From Atractiella rhizophila (Eukaryota): a stretch of DNA of 64,000 nucleotides. Shown in pieces: positions 62,135 to 64,000 of the stretch. Each line of letters starts with the position of its first letter. Positions within the stretch are counted from its first letter, which is position 1. The stretch is taken from positions 1-64,000 of the forward strand of contig MU271426.1 in NCBI GenBank assembly GCA_021432655.1, read 5' to 3'. Below the pieces are notes generated by a model. The model did not search any database. It was not told the origin of the DNA and worked only from the letters and a program-made list of their open reading frames with translations. Made by a program: the position numbers and the translations under genes.

Positions 62135-64000
62135 GATGGATCGATAACGGTTTGCATATGAGTGACTTGTCGCTCAATAACAGGATCGAAATACTCTTCA
62201 CGGACGTGAGGGAAGCTGAGGAAGTGCACGGAGCGTGGATCGTTTCCAAACTCTAGGGCTTGAATGTCCTCCTGTGATGTGGGTGGGAAAGGTCGGAGGC
62301 CTTGGTAGATGTTTTCGGTGAGGAATCGAGTGGAGGAAGACTACATTTCGGTCAGGATTGCATAATCACAGCTAGAATCGCTTACCATTGTTCTACAAAG
62401 GGTTAAAAGACCTTCGAAGAGAGTATTCAGAGCGGCAACAGTATCAGCCAGTCCGTTCGCGCCTTTCAGTCGTAAGCGGTTGAACCGGATATACCAGTTG
62501 GTGAGTTCGTCAATTAGACCTAATAACCGAGGTAGTATGGTGTATAATCGGTAAGCTATCACAATTTTTAGCAAGTTATAATATTTGTCATACTCAACAT
62601 TACCTTCCATCTCCGTCTTGACCAACTGGATAAGGCTTTGGCATCGGACTAAAATCCAGCGATCCATGACATTCTCCAACGTCTTTGCGTGGACATTGAA
62701 CGTGAATTCCACTGGCGAAGTTTCTTGAGAAGCTCGACTTGTCCAAGGAAAAAGCGGAACGAGTTAAGCCACGGCAACAAAGCTCGGCTGATTGACTTCC
62801 TTCACCCCTGAGTCCTTGAAGCGAAGGTTCTCTCCTCGAACGACAGGGGAATTAATGAGGTATAATCTAGCAGGCGTCCACTGGCCATACAAGGCACGCA
62901 CCGTAAAGCATCAGCGCCATATCGTGCAAGGATCTCATTCGGACCAGGGTAATTCTTTAGACTCTTGGACATTTTACGACCGTCCCTGCACAAAGTTAAA
63001 CGGCATAGCCATACGACCCCAAAAAAAAAGCGTACTCTGCAAGGACGATGCAAGTCACAATCAAATTCTTCCATGGGGCGGTATCGAAGAGAAGGGTTGC
63101 AAGGACTAGAAGGGTGTAGAACCAACCGCTACGACAACTTTAAATCGATGCGCAAGAAGTTTTAGTTCGGGGCATACCGCGTCTGGTCAAGACCTTCAGC
63201 AATGAAGTCAGCGGGAAACCGTTCATTAAAGCCTTCCTTGTTCTCGAAGGGGTAGTGGATCTGAGCGTAAGGCATGCTAGAATGATGTGAGAGTCGTGAA
63301 TAGGTAAGAAACAGCGAAGACGTACCTGCCAGACTCAACCCAGCAATCAAATACCTCCCTCTACACGCGGAAGTTGGCCTTTACCCTTTTTCGAAGGGAT
63401 AGTAATCTTGTCAACTGTTTCTCGATGAAGGTCAGTGAGTGTGCCGCAACCAGCTAGCTCGTTCAATTCCTCTAGCGATCCAACACAGACAATCTAATCA
63501 TTTCATCAGTAATCTGTAGATTTCACGGGGGAGACGAACCTCTTCCAAGTCCTCACTAGCGCAGAGCGGCAATGGCGTCCCCCAATACCTATTCCTGCTG
63601 ATGTTCCAATCCCTAGCGATCTTGAGCCAATTCGCAAATCTCGAATCGGAGACTGATTGTGGAACCCATCTTGTTTCGGCATGGTTGTTGACAAGCTGTT
63701 CAGTCGAAATTGACGGCACGGATGAACCAAGCCGGCACAGAGCAGTAGAGAAGAGGAGTGCCAGAACGCCAACAGAAAGGGTAAGAGTGAGTGAGTGTGC
63801 CTTGATGCACAAGACAATTCATAGCTTTAATGGCTCGCGTGATGCCTTTATCAGCATCCTGCATGTAGCGTGAGAACCATTCTTGCTGTCATAGAAAAGT
63901 GACATATCGTACCTTCACATACTGCCCCTCAAAACTGCGGAATGTCAGACGTGTACTTGTCCGTCTCGTTGATGGGACAAGGTGGCATTTCATCTTCTTT
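62135..64000 (-). pseudogene. ILS1: Cytosolic isoleucyl-tRNA synthetase copy, degenerate and 3'-truncated; runs off the window end
   Basis: [71 protein letters not shown]. Introns retained, frameshifts present, homology stops after RQVTHMQTVID. Confidence 0.9.

Overview
Eukaryotic, intron-containing DNA that looks basidiomycete (GT-AG introns of about 50 bp, fungal transposon families). It is a nested transposon graveyard. It holds an apparently complete 7.4 kb CMC/EnSpm (CACTA-like) element with TIRs and a divergent accessory gene, plus two decayed CMC relatives, several hAT relics, and pogo and P-element-like relics. There is also a Helitron Rep with matching ~280 bp non-autonomous copies, a Penelope-like RT fragment, gypsy/copia scraps, three solo-LTR families with 5-bp TSDs, a foldback element and a MITE. 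Host-type genes embedded in it: a patatin-NB-TPR NLR-like gene with near-identical TPR repeats and a degenerate patatin active site, a divergent cullin-like gene that appears spliced in frame to an N-terminal multi-transmembrane segment, a 3'-truncated cytosolic IleRS copy and an RTA1-like membrane protein. Many frameshifts fall in short homopolymers, so pseudogene calls may partly reflect assembly error. All family assignments come from motif recognition by eye; no database searches were run.
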